From contig CM075987.1 in NCBI GenBank assembly GCA_038087875.1, positions 16,184,001-16,248,000 of the forward strand: DNA of 64,000 bases, read 5' to 3'. The stretch comes from Malacoraja senta. Taxonomy: Eukaryota. Of this stretch, positions 38,998-51,497 are shown one piece after another. Below the pieces are notes generated by a model. It did no database searches. It saw only the letters and a program-made list of their open reading frames with translations, and had not been told where the DNA came from. A program made the position numbers and the translations under genes. Position 1 is the stretch's first letter, and every line of letters starts with the position of its first letter.

Positions 38998-40589
38998 ATG
39001 TTTTGGTTCCAAAAAGTACACCAGCATGACTAGCTTGTGTATTGAATAACTTTCATAGAAAGTCACCTATTGTGACTTCAACAGAGTAAAAAATGATTGT
39101 CAGCCCATTCACACATCTTTTCACCTCTCCAAAATGATTCATGGTGAACTCCCCATGATTGTCTTGGTGTCTCTAGCAATTACAATATTGATTTCTTGTA
39201 CATTGTTGTGGTTCAGAAAAAATTACAAATTAATTAAACGTTAAAAAAAAACACATTTTTGTTCAGTTCACTCTAAGAATTGGAGATGGGAGAAAAGGGC
39301 AACTTGTTTGGGCAGAATTGTCGAGGGCATGTTCAGAGACCCATGGACAACCTGCACCCTATCCAACTGCCACCAAGCCCATTATTATCACGTGAATTCC
39401 ACTGAAGTGAAGGAATGTTTCAAGTCATGTTTCCATGAGGAATACCAGAAAGAACTAAAGTAACCAAAAAACAGTTGGATAAAGAGGTCACTTATTTCAC
39501 CAACTCCAAGATGATACAGGAGATACAGGAAGATTAAGGGAGATGACAAGCCAAGCATGAAGCAGTGAGGCAGTGCGGTAAGTATTTACAAACATTGAAA
39601 TGAGATGGAAATAGGATAGAGACACAAGTGACAGCAGATGCTGGAACATTGAGTAAAACAAAGTCCCTGATCTGAAGAATTCCTCCTTCTACACTCAGCT
39701 TCCCCCTCCAATTTCCTTTCTTTCATTCCTCCCGTGAGAGGGGAAGTGGGAGAAACAATTCATGGAAACAATGTCAGAGTTCAGGGTCCAGAGATACAGG
39801 CTGGAGCAAAGAAAATATTAAAAATTGATTTATTTATTTTACATACAAACATAAACAATTGCATTTTACAATTCTGATCACTGGACAATTACTGTTCAGA
39901 ATTTGTACATCAGATCTCTACCAAGCAAGGAGTTATTCAAAATAATTAATGGAGAAACAAATCCATGAAAATAAATTGGCCAAGTGCAATGGACACTCAA
40001 TATGTCAGAACATTAAACAGCATTATGAAAGGGTAGAGCATTTCTATCATCTTTATCGAAGGAGACTTTGGCAAATTTACTCAAACTCCGAAAAGCCAAA
40101 TTCATAACATCATATTGCAGCAATGAACTTTTCCTATTACAGAGTGCATGCCCCATGTCCCCACCAATCTCTCACCTGTACGTTATGCTGTCTGTTCAGT
40201 CATTGTGTTTGAATTGTTAAACAAGTCACATAGGTCTGAAGAAAGGTCTCAACCTGAAACATCATCTGTCCACCCCCTACACAGATGCTGCCAGACCAAC
40301 TGAGTTCCTCCAGCACTTTGTGTTTTGCACAATATGATAAGTGACTCCAGACTCAATGTGGTCAACTCTTAACCATTTTCTGATGATGAACACTGAACAT
40401 CAACATTGCCACATCACATAACAGATACATATATAAAGAAATAGTCAAAAGAAATAAAGCAGACCTTGAAGGCCTTTTCTTGTCCCATTGAACGTACTTC
40501 TTCCGATCTGGAGTCTGTTTTATTCTCCTATTGAACATACCTTTCCACCTCCAACTCTTTCTTTAGGAAAGTTTCCAGTTCCTTGGTCT

Positions 40590-41200
40590 CACCATGATAC
40601 AATCCCTCTACCATACCTCCATGGCAGAGGGATCTTCATCTCTTCTTTAAACAGGGCCTCACCAAACCCTTCCACCACCACCCTACTGTACCTGGATAAA
40701 GTAGTTCTCATATTGATCAGCTTTTCATTCACCCTCCAAATTAAAGGTACTGTTATAGGGACCCACATGCATCTTAGCTACGCCCAGCACTCTGCAAAGT
40801 TTAGGACAATCCTTGTATCAATCCTACACTGGACCCTTCCCACACCTCTTTTTCCAGTTCATCAATAACTCACCTGTGCTGCATCCTACTCTTGTACACA
40901 GCTTGAGAGCATCATCATCCTGGCTGCCCATCCCTATCCCGATTTCACTTTCACACAGGCTGTATCCGATACTTGTCTTCTCTTTTCTGACTAGTCTGCT
41001 CCATCTCAGTGGATCAATTAGTCACAGACCCCACAGCTAACCTGATTACAACCCCCCCCCCCCCCCCACACCACCTGGACTCCATTTCATCCCCCCCTTT
41101 ACCCTTCCTCTGTTGTGTCTATTTAGATGGCAACATTTCTCAATATCTTTCTTCTTCCATAACCACAGCTTCCCCATCCACCAGAGTTGATTAGACACTC
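40590..41200 (+). mobile_element. Degraded Penelope-like RT remnant
   Basis: PNPSTTTLL...LQIKGTVIGTHMHLSYA resembles the PLE RT motif Q..G.AMG...PSYA. Confidence 0.6.
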
Positions 41201-42049
41201 AGATTTTGTTCAATTTCCTCACTTCTTCAATGGCTCCGTAGTTTTTTTATTATCATGTGTACAGGCATACAATTAAATTAATTTGTTTACATACATTTCA
41301 GTAAAGTATTGCCAACCCAAGCACAACTACCGATTAGTACAAGGTGCATGGAAATAGTTCACCGAGACCATATACAAGAGTCACCATTTTAAAAGTCCAG
41401 TCTGGTCAACGCATTTGGTCTTCTGGTGTCTGATCCAGGCTCTCACGCTTTCAATTTCCCTTCAAATGAGTGTCCCATTTGTCCTCACTTGCAACTGGAG
41501 TCCATAGTCAATGGAGCCTCCCCCACAAAGTCTCTCACCTTCATTCAGATACCACCTACAGACACAACCTCCCCTCACCTCCTGGTCAGCATTGCAAAGG
41601 GATCCATTTGTGATGATCTAGTGACACTTCCATTGATACCAACACATATTTCCCTCCTCAGGGCACTTCCCACGCACATGCAGGAGATGCAACACCTGTC
41701 CTCTTACCGCCTCTCATCACACCTTTCAGAGTTCATCTGTCTTACCCATCAGGCTTATTGCATTGAAATATATGCAAATTAATCAGACCATTCTCCCCAC
41801 TCCCTGCTGTGCACCTGCCTGTCCTGTCTACTGAACTAGCTGTTATTGAAGGTAGATACAAAATGCTGGAGTAACTCAGCAGGACAGGCAGCATCTCTAG
41901 AGAGAAGGAATAGGTGATGTTTTGGGTCGAGACCCTTCTTCAGACTGATGTCAGGGGAGTGGGTGGGACAGAGATAGATGCTGTAATTGACTTCTGTGTC
42001 GACTTCCAGTCTCCCACCTGCTACCCTCATCCTTTGGATCCCGTCTTTC

Positions 42050-43290
42050 TCTGCCAATCTAGTTTAAACCCTCCATAGTACCATTTGTAAACCTGCCTAC
42101 CATGATATTGGTTCCCCTCCAGTTCAGGTGCAACCCATCCCCCGTACACAGATCACCTCTGCCCAAGGAGAGATCCTAATGGTCCGAAAATCTGAATCCC
42201 TGCCCCAACTCCTCAGCCATGCATTCATCTGCCCAATCATCCTGTTCTTACCCTCACTGCACATGGCACTAGGAGTAACCCAGAGATCACTACCCTGGAG
42301 GCCCTGCTTTTGTTTAACCTTTGGCTAACTTCTTGTATTCAACTGCAGGACCTCATCCCTTTTCATTTGCGCCAACGTGCACAACAACTTCTGGCTGCTC
42401 ATGCTCTCTCTTGGGAATGTTCTGCAGTCACTCAGAGACATCCTGTACCCAGAGAGGCAACCGACCATCCTGGAGTGCCATTTACAGACACACAATCTCC
42501 CGTCTGTCCCTCTAACTAACGTGTCTCATCTCACCATTGCCCCACCCGGCTTCACCCATTCCCACTGTGCCTTCGACCCGAACATAGACTTGACTGTAGT
42601 TGTTGCTCTCCCCGAGATGGTCATCTCACCATTGCCCCACCCGACTTCACCCATTCCCACTGTGCCTTCGACCCCAACATAGACTTGACTGTAGTTGTTG
42701 CTCTCCCCATGATGGTCATTCTCCCCCAACTGCTTTTGAGGGGAATGGCCACAGACCACCCTTCCTGGTGATCACACATCTACTTTCTGCCTGCACGTCT
42801 AGCATGACCATTCCACCGTAATTCCTCTCTATCAAGCTCTCAGCCTCCCGTACAATCCCAAGGTCATCCAGCAGCAGCTCCAGTTGCCTCACACCATCAG
42901 CCAGGAGGAGCCGCAGCTGGGCGCACTTCCACAGGTGTGTGGTCCCAGAGACACTGGTAGTTTTTCTGACCTTCACATCCTGCAGGAAGGGGCATACCAG
43001 TGCCCCCAACTACCATCCCAAATGCACCAAGATCAGAGAGCAACAGGTGAAATAAAATTCTTACCTTATTCCTCCACTGAAGCCCCTCGAGCCAAAGCCT
43101 CAGCACTGACCCTCAGCCACAGAATCTCACCGCAGATACAGCCACTCCCAACACCAGGGGCTCCAGAATGGCCTCTGCCAGCAGGTGCTTTCCTTTTGTA
43201 CATCACGAGGTGCCGCGACTCCCAGATACTAACAGCTCCATTTTCAACCTCCCGCACTGCTCCTCTCAGCTACCGACTCACTCGCCCATG
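42050..43290 (-). mobile_element. CR1-type 5' region and ORF1 fragment (zinc-finger/leucine-zipper N-terminus plus SGNH-esterase-like domain), degraded
   Basis: Minus frames give VCPFLQDVKVRKTTSVSG...KCAQLRLLLADGVRQLELLLDDL and NAWLRSW...DLCTGDGLHLNWRGTNI, typical of CR1 ORF1. Confidence 0.75.
42526..42715. repeat. 95-bp tandem duplication (two copies)
   Basis: TCATCTCACCATTGCCCCACC... starts at 42526 and again at 42621, with few mismatches. Confidence 0.9.
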
Positions 43291-44129
43291 TCCTACAACT
43301 TCTAGTCTGGAGAAGGGTCTCGACCCGAAACGTCACCCATTCCTTCTCTCCAGAGATGTTGCCTGACCCGCTGAGCTACTCCAGCTTTTTGTGTCGATCT
43401 TCGGTTTAAACCAGCATCTGCAGTTCCTTCCTACACATTCAAAATATTGAAAGCTGCTTGTGGATTTAAAATTCTCTCCCATCTTAACAAATGCTCAGCT
43501 TGTGTAGAAAATAATTAAATATCAAAGTTGTTACAAACAGTGTATGGGAGGATTACAAGCATGACTTTCCAAATCGAGCAACTGCATTCCTTCAGACATA
43601 ATCTTGGAAATGTGGTTCTTAACTCATCTGGCAGTCGGCATCCACACAAGCTGCGGTTATAGTATTCGTGCAACTAATGCATGAAATCCAATCATTGTGT
43701 CCATTCTACTCTCCATTATTTCCATTGTGTTTTTGTTTTGACTAAACAAAGACCTTTTGCTATATTCAAACAACACAATTATTTTTAACCAGATAAAGTA
43801 TGACTACCAATACAACCTCGTGTTGGGAGAAGGCAGGAACGGGGTACTGATTGTGGATGATCAGCCATGATCACAGTGAATGGCGGTGCTGGCTCGAAGG
43901 ACCGAATGGCCTACTCCTGCACCAATTGTCCATTGTCTAATGCATTTTCCCACCAATCTATACAAAGGACATACTTCCCCCTTTGAATGTCAGTGAAAAT
44001 CCAACTGGAGAATAAAGCAGGCATATACAGTTGTAGCAAAACACAAAGTGCTGGAGGAATTCAGCAGGTGAGGCAGCATCTGTAGAGAGAATAGGCAGAC
44101 AATGTTGAGAGTCTGAAGAAGGGTCCCGA

Positions 44130-44324
44130 TGAAGAGGTGGGGCCTCGTGGACAGCGCCTCCTGCGAGTGTGGGGACCCAACACAGACAGTGGAGCACATA
44201 GTCACCAGTTGCCCCAAACACCGGCCACCGAATGGTGAACAAGGTCTGATTGACCTGGACGATGACACGTTGACCTGGCTCGCCTCAACGGAGCTGCAGA
44301 ACTAAAAGACACACGACAGAAGAA
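44130..44324 (+). mobile_element. 5'-truncated Ingi/Vingi-like (I-group) LINE 3' end with (GAA)n tail and 15-bp TSD
   Basis: Open frame KRWGLVDSASCECGDPTQTVEHIVTSCP...TWLASTELQN* (CCHC knuckle; TAA 44303-44305). GAAGAAGGGTCCCGA is duplicated at 44115-44129 and 44325-44339. Confidence 0.8.
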
Positions 44325-45106
44325 GAAGAAGGGTCCCGAACTGAAACGTCATCTGTCCATTTCCTCCGTAGATGCTCCTGACCCGCTGAGTTTCTCCAGC
44401 ATCTTGTGTTTTGCTTAAGATTCCAGCGTCTGCAGCTCCTTGCATCTCCAGATATAGTTGCAGTGCCTTGTCTTTTCACTAAACCATTGGAGTGGGTCTC
44501 ATCGGTCGGTACAAGTCCTGGCATCCAGAGGAAGCTGCAGCTCCAAATTCAGCTCCCAATTCTCCATAACCCAACATGAACATTTTAATAATGTTACAAA
44601 GCAACACGGAGCTTCTTGCACAGGTTTCTTCCAAAAGGAATCTGCAAGACTGAAGATTGATTACTTGGGAATTGTTGGTGGAGATGAAGAGTCAGATGTT
44701 AATGAAGCATCATATAAACCTCGACTGAGCGAAAACCCATTCTTCATTCTGGAGACTTGTTATCGGGTGGTACCATGTCATCAGAGGTGTTGCTTGAATA
44801 AAGTGAGAGTCCATGTTACTGCGTGCAAAGTAGGCCATATACCAGGAAGGGACTGCTGCTACCAATCCGTTCTAGACAAGCAGATTAGACGGCATCATCA
44901 GGTCAAACATTACCACCTCAGTTTCAGCTGCGACCTTGAAGTCCTCACACGCTCAATGCCCGTGTACCAATTCCCAGTGAGGCTCCATGCACAGCAATCA
45001 TGGGTTGTGGGCTGCCCTGGCAGTGATCCCAGAGTGGCCATGCTTCCAAGTTACGTACAGAGTTCCGGAAAGGCAGGCGTGGCAAGGCCTCAGGAGGTGC
45101 GGCTGG

Positions 45107-45290
45107 TCACCAGCTGGGGTGGGAGAAGACGATGTTGTACAGCTTCGCCCAATGAGCAAACACATCCTTCTCGGTGATGAAGCGATGGTGGCTGCCCTTC
45201 TTCACCTTCTCATTCCCAAGGAAGGTACTGCACTCGTCCGGACCTTTCGGCTCATAGTAATGATATGGCATTCGCTTGTGCTGGGCCTTA
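45107..45290 (-). CDS. ST6GALNAC6: ST6GALNAC6 terminal coding exon with motif III and VS (KAQHKRMPYHYYEPKGPDEC...HHRFITEKDVFAHWAKLYNIVFSHPSW*)
   Basis: caacag acceptor; MPYHYYEPKGPDEC and HHRFITEK match ST6GALNAC6; TGA stop. Confidence 0.95.
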
Positions 45291-46200
45291 CTGTTGTAAA
45301 AATAAATCACATTAGTACTAATAGTAGCAAGGTTAAATGTTTAAACATTCCTCATATCTCCTGACAAGTATCTGCCACTAGAAACAGGGGCCAATTGAAA
45401 CGTCATCTCTTGTCACTCTCCACCCTACTCATTTCATTCCCTGGGTCTGAATCATGCATGTCCAGGACGAGTATGTTGTTGGATAGTATTCCATGGAGAG
45501 TCACGGCATATCCATGGATTAATTCCCCATGCCCTTCTAAACCAGGGTGGCACTGGCAGGATCAGAGTGCCAGGGCCTCAGGATTGATCCTGAACTCGGG
45601 TGCTGTCTGTGTGGAGTTTGCATGTTCTCCCGGTGACCACGCGAGTTTCCCCGGTTGCTCCGGTTTCCTCTCACTTCCCAAAGATATGCGGGCTGTAGAT
45701 TAATTGACCTCTGTAAAGTGTAGGGAATGGATAAAAAGCGGGATAACATAGAACTAATCTGAATGGGAGAGCATGAACTTGGTGGGCTGAAGAGCCTGTT
45801 TCCATGCTGTATTTCTAAACTAAACTAAATCCTGAACTTGTGTGCTCTCTGCGTGGTGATGGTATAAAAGCATAAGGGGAATAGATAGGGTGAATGCACA
45901 AAGAGTCTTTTTCCTAGGGCAGGGGAATCGAGAACCATAGGGATAGATTTAAGGTGAGAGGGGAAAGATCGGAATCTGAAGTGCAACGTTTTCCACACAG
46001 AGGGTGGTGGGGATGTTGAACGAGCTGCCAGAGGAAGTAGTTGAGATAGGTACAATAACAACATTTAAAATACATTTGGACAGGTACATAGATAGGATAG
46101 ATCCATGGATATGATAGAGGGATATGAGCAAAATACCAGTAAATGGGTCCTTGTTTAGTTGAGGCGTTTTGGTAGGCATAGATAAAATTGAGCCTAATAA

Positions 46201-46949
46201 TGGGCCTGTCCCACTTAGGCGACTTTTTAGGCGACTGCAAGAGACTTTGCAGTCGCCACATGTTCGCAGGTGGTTGCCGGGGAATCGCCTTCATGGTCAT
46301 GAGGAGTTCCCACATTCTGGGAACTAGTCGCAGCCTCATTATGTTCGCTGAGAATTTTTCAACATGTTGAAAAATTAGCGGCGACTAGAATGAAGCCGCC
46401 ATGGAGAGTAGTGAGAATTCTCGAGCCGAAGGTGGATCGCCAGGAGGTCGAAGATTCTCTTAGGTTCTTGTAGGCTGTAGCCGGTGCTGACCGGTGAATT
46501 TTATTGGCTCATTGGGGAAACAAAAAAACGTAAGCAGTAGTTTTCAGAACCATGGATAACCGACAGGTAATGTTAAATGTCCGCCGAACTTCATGGCCGT
46601 ATATCTCTGGCTTCTTAAATGTTGTCAGGCTTCTTAACAGTTGTCTCCACTCCTTCTCCCCACCCCCTCCTTTTAAAGGACTTACTGTACACTGTGCTTT
46701 AGCCGTCTTAATTACAGCGCCAACCTTCCTGTTCATCGTGGTGTGTCTCTGTATCACCTTGGCTTTGCACCGTGTGAATTTCAGACAGTGCTCCCCCCAC
46801 ATGCTCGCTCTGTGTGTGTGTGTGTGTGTGTGTGTGTTTTTTATTTTATTTTTTTTATTTTTTTATTTTTTTCCCCACTAAGACAGTTGCCGTTCCAGTT
46901 GCCAGTTTTTCAGGCGACTGCCGGCAACTTGACAGTTGGGACAGGCCCA
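46201..46949. mobile_element. PIF/Harbinger-like MITE
   Basis: TAA on both sides; TIR TGGGCCTGTCCCA / TGGGACAGGCCCA; interrupts a CR1 3' end; contains (TG)n at about 46811-46837. Confidence 0.8.
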
Positions 46950-47744
46950 TAAGGGGCTGTTTGCCTGCTGTATGACTCCATTAAGTTGTTATGATTGGAA
47001 GTACACCACTGGATAAGATATAGAAACAAATTCAATTAGCTGCAAATAAGAAGTGGATTGATACTTGGAGGAAACTAATTGTTGAGCAGTGGGGAACAAA
47101 CAAGAGGAGTTGGATGTATTGGAGAGCTCTTTGCAAAAGATTAGTGGCGAACCAAAGTCAGGGATGTATCATTTTTCACCCAGAGGCTCCTTGCCACATT
47201 GAAATGCCAATTAATCAATGGACAATTAATTAATTAATTGGCTCTACATTTAACACCTCTTCTAACCTTATCTCAGGCATTTGTCCAAACATTGGCCAAT
47301 CAAGACCCCCCCCCCTCACCTGCACCGGCACCTACCTATCAATTGCCAGGCTTTGTCCTGCCCCCACCTCCCTTTCAGCTATCTCAACCCCATACTACTG
47401 CAGGTCTGAAGATTTAATACTTATGACCCAAAACATTGCCTACCCACGTTCTCCAGAGATGCTGCCCGACCTGCTGAGTTACTCCAGCACGGTTATGTCT
47501 TTTGTAAACCAGCAATTGCAGTTCCGTGTATTTACATTTGACAAGAAGGTGCTAAATCCTCAACGTTCATTGCTTTGAAAGAACAAGTAGACAGAACACT
47601 TCTCATAATCCGGTTCTGAGACTGAACGGAGGATATTTCAGTCCTACCCTGACCAAGGTACAGTGGGAATGGCTGTCACACCAGACCCATTTGTTCTCTC
47701 CACCCCAGCCAGAGGATGTGACATGGCTGCAGAAAAGCACGTAC

Positions 47745-47859
47745 CTGCAGTGAGTGGGGGGGACCATTCCATACACGTGGACACTGTTGACTGTTGCAGA
47801 GTTCGATGGCTATCACCATGGTGAACCAGCCTGTACTCAGCCAGGTGTGCGATTTCTTT
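47745..47859 (-). CDS. ST6GALNAC6: ST6GALNAC6 exon with sialylmotif S (KKSHTWLSTGWFTMVIAIELCNS-VHVYGMVPPTHC), disrupted by a 7-bp duplication
   Basis: tttgaag / gtacgt boundaries; 115 nt versus 108 nt needed to keep the frame; ACTGTTG is tandemly duplicated at 47783-47796. Confidence 0.9.
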
Positions 47860-48518
47860 CTTCAAAGCCAAACGAGAGAGAAAAGCAAATTCCATCAATA
47901 ATGGCACCAATAGAATTGAACAGAAACAGAACAGGCCATTCAGTTCAAAGACCGATGCTTGTGCATGTGTCCCATATCAAGCTAGCTTAGCAACTCAAAA
48001 CCACGTTTGCCTATGAAGTAATATGAACTCTGTTCACCTAGATCTGGACAGCCAAGAGAATGTGTGACAAAGTTTCTCACACAAGGCTCCCAAATAAGCT
48101 CACTATCACAATGATTCCACATTGAACTCCAAGCCCATAGTTCCCTGAAAGTGGCAACATAAGAATAAAGAGTGGTAAATGTGGTGTATGGTATGCTTGC
48201 CTTCATCGGTTGGGGTATTGAGTACAAGAATCAGGAAATCATGTTGCAGCTTAATAGGACTTTGGCAAAGCCGCATTTGAGGTTTTGCATGAAGTTCTGG
48301 TACAGGTAGGATATGGAGGCTTCAGAGAGGGCGCAGAAAGTATTTATCAGGATGCTATCTGTATCAGAGAGGAATAGCAATAATACCATGGGTTGTTTTC
48401 TCTGGATCATTGGAGGTTGAGAAGAGATCGCATAGAAGTATATAACTTTCTGAGGGGCATAAATGGGGTAGATAATCAGAATCTTTTCTCAGGGCGGAAT
48501 ATGAAGGACTAGAGTGCG

Positions 48519-48730
48519 GTAGATAGACACAAAAAGCAGGGGTAACTCAACAGGTCAGGCAGCATCTCTCGAGAAAAGGAACAGGTGATGTTTAGACTCA
48601 AGAGCCTTCCTCATACACAAAAAATGTCAGCTATTCCTTTTCTCCAGTGATGCTGCCTGACCTGCTGAGTGACTCCAGCATTTTGTGGCTATCTGCGGTG
48701 TAAACCAGCATCTGCAGTTCCTTCCTACAC
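48519..48730. mobile_element. Penelope-pLTR-derived fold-back mini-element with 11-bp TSD
   Basis: Inverted pLTR halves; ACTAGAGTGCG at 48508-48518 and 48731-48741. Confidence 0.8.
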
Positions 48731-48749
48731 ACTAGAGTGCGATAGGTAC

Positions 48750-49156
48750 CTGTCTTGCCCAGTCTCCCTGCGGAACAAATCATCAAACTGCTGCATTCTC
48801 TTCGGAGACACAATGTAGGAGGAGAGGTTTGGAAACGCAGAGCCCACTCGGTGAATCAGTCGGAAGGTGCCGCCTCTTCTGTTGTGCATCTTCTGAGGAG
48901 GTCCCCAGAAGACGAAGACCGTGTCCTGGCTTCTGTTGAGGAACTCCTGGGGTTTCTTCATCACCTTGTAAACACTGGAGTGGGCGATAACCCGCAGGGT
49001 GGTTTTATTCCCGATGTCCCTCTCGTATCCCATGGTAGGCGCGTTGTTCATGCGTATTGTGCACTCGGTCTCGTCGATTTCCGACCCAATCTCGCTGCCC
49101 AGCAAGTGGCTGGAACTCGTGATAAGCGCGCACAAACCGCAGCGGAGCTTCATCGT
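48750..49156 (-). CDS. ST6GALNAC6: ST6GALNAC6 exon with sialylmotif L (TMKLRCGLCALITSSSHLLGSEIGSEIDETECTIRMNNAPT...FDDLFRRETGQDR)
   Basis: tttcag acceptor and gtacct donor; 407 nt, ends phase 2; GT29 sialylmotif L with SSSHLLG and FWGPP typical of ST6GalNAc VI. Confidence 0.95.
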
Positions 49157-50859
49157 CTGAAACAGGAGCAACAGAGCATTACTGGCGTTAAAGTGACAGT
49201 GGACAGTGTAGCTGCCTCCCTTGGTCACATTACATGTAAGGAAAGAGGATTAACAATTAAACAGGTGGAGGGGGGAGTGAGAACAATGCAACCTCATTTT
49301 AATATTCCTATTATGGACTTTAGGCCTGTTCTGTATTTTCTGCTTCTCCTTGGTGATTACATAGCTATTAAACTAGTGGGGGTGCAGTGGGGAGCAGGGG
49401 GTGAGGGATTTTAGCAATGAGGAAGACGTGTTTAATGACGATGCTTCACCATCACGTGTGTGGTTCGGTTGCATGGACACCTGGGATATGTTGTGGTCGT
49501 GACACCTATCTGCAGGAATTCATCTCCTGTTCCTGCCGGTAATTTGCTAGTTGGCCTCAGAATCCTAAAACATGGAACAGTACAACACAGGAACAGGCCT
49601 TTAGGCTCACAACATCTGTGACAGACATGATGCCAAGCTAAACTAATCTCCTGTGCCTGCATGTAAACAATATCCCTTCATATCCATGTGCCCATCTCAA
49701 AGCCTCTTAATAGCCACTTTTGTATCTGCCTCCACTCCTGCTGGCATGTTCCGTGCACCCACCACTCTCAGTCTCCACCACCACCCTACCTCACACATCT
49801 CCTTTAAACTTTGTCCCTCTCACATTAAAGCTATGCCCTCTACTCCTTGACATCTCCACCCTGGGAGAAAGGTTCTGACTGTCTACCCTATCTAAGCCAC
49901 TCACTTTATAGAATGTTATCATACAGAACAGGAAGGCTGCCTCAGTCCATCATGCCTGTATCAGGTCTTCGAAACCATCCTAACCATATGCCCCGGCCCC
50001 CCCCAAACTTTTTCTACCTCCGTTTCCTCCTTGTGGATCACTATCAAATCCCATTTCAACAAACAGCACATTTTAGATCATATGCAGCAGCGTAAAGCAA
50101 TTGATGTTCCTCTCCTGTCACTCTGAACGATTGCAAGTGTTGTTAGCTGTGACACAGGGGATTAGTTATCACCAATATGGATGGATACACAACGGTCAAG
50201 TGCCCACCAAGGGAGGACAGATGCAATCTCACTGTCACTGTCTGACTCTTGGCTTCCAGGAACCTTTGAACCAGATTCAAGATAAAGATTTCTGCTACAG
50301 TGAAAATTGTATTAAAAAAAATTCCATAAAAATTATTCATCTGGTAAAACAGTCGAACAAGTTACCAAATGGGCAAGTATTGTTCCAACGCATTAAACGT
50401 CATTAAAACACCAGTTCTCTCTTGGAGGCACAAGAGACTGCAGATGCTGGAATCTTGAGCATAACACAAAGTGCTGGAGGAACTCAATAGGTCAGGCAGC
50501 ATCCATGCAGGGAAATAGAGAGACAATATTTCAGGAATGGCTTAGAACGGGTCTTGAGAAGGGCCCGAATCCAAATCATTGTCTATCCATTTCCTGCCAC
50601 AGATGCTGCCTGACCCACTGGGTTGCTCCATTTTGTTTTTGCAGCAGCAGTTCTTCCTTAGTCAGTGTATTAATTAATTTTACAAAGCCATGGAGCTCAG
50701 CCATGCCAATTCAAATGCGTTGCATCAATTTACAAATTGTCCAACGGCCAGATTTGTTCTCGGCTCCTGGTTTATCACTGAATTAAGGAGATGCTTTCTG
50801 ACCTGCTGCTGATGGCGACAGTGCTGCATGGATGCCCATGTTTGTGTTCCAAGTCCATC

Positions 50860-51497
50860 AAGTACAGCAGGCAGTGAAGAAAGCAAATAGCATGTTGGAC
50901 ATCATTGAGAGAGGATTTGTGTATAGGAGCAAGGAGGTCCTACTGCAGTTGTACAAGGCACTGATGAGACCACACCTGGAGTATTGTGTGCCGTTTTGGT
51001 CTCCTAATTTGAGGAAGGACATTTTCACTATTGAGAGTGTGGAGTGTAGGTTAACCAGTTTAGTTCCCGGGATGGTGGGACTGGCATATGATGAAAGAAT
51101 GGATCGTCTGGGCTTATATTCACTGGAATTTAGAAGGATAGGGATCTTATAGAAACATATACAATTCTTAAGGGATTGAACAGGCTAGATACAGGGGTCA
51201 CAGCTTAAGAATATGGGGTAGGCCATTTAGGACTGAGATGAGGAAAAACGTTTTCACCCAGAGTTGTGAATCTGTGGAATTTTCTGTCACAGAAGGCAGT
51301 GGAAGCCAATTTACAGGATGTTTTCAAGAGAGTGTTAGATTTAGCTGTTAGGGCTAATGGAATCAATGGATATGGGAAGAAAGCAGGAATGGGGTACAAA
51401 TTTGGATGATCAGCCATGATCATATTGAATGGTGGTGCTGGTTTGAAGGGCCGAATGGCCTACTCCTGCATCTATTTTCTATGTCTATGTTTCTATC
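50860..51497 (+). mobile_element. CR1-type LINE 3' fragment
   Basis: VQQAVKKAN...RPHLEYCV motifs and the CR1 3' end. Confidence 0.9.

Noticed and set aside
48755..49414. 219-aa plus-strand ORF, and the 239-aa ORF at 44458-45177
   Set aside because: Antisense shadows of ST6GALNAC6 exon and 3' UTR sequence with no recognisable protein features.
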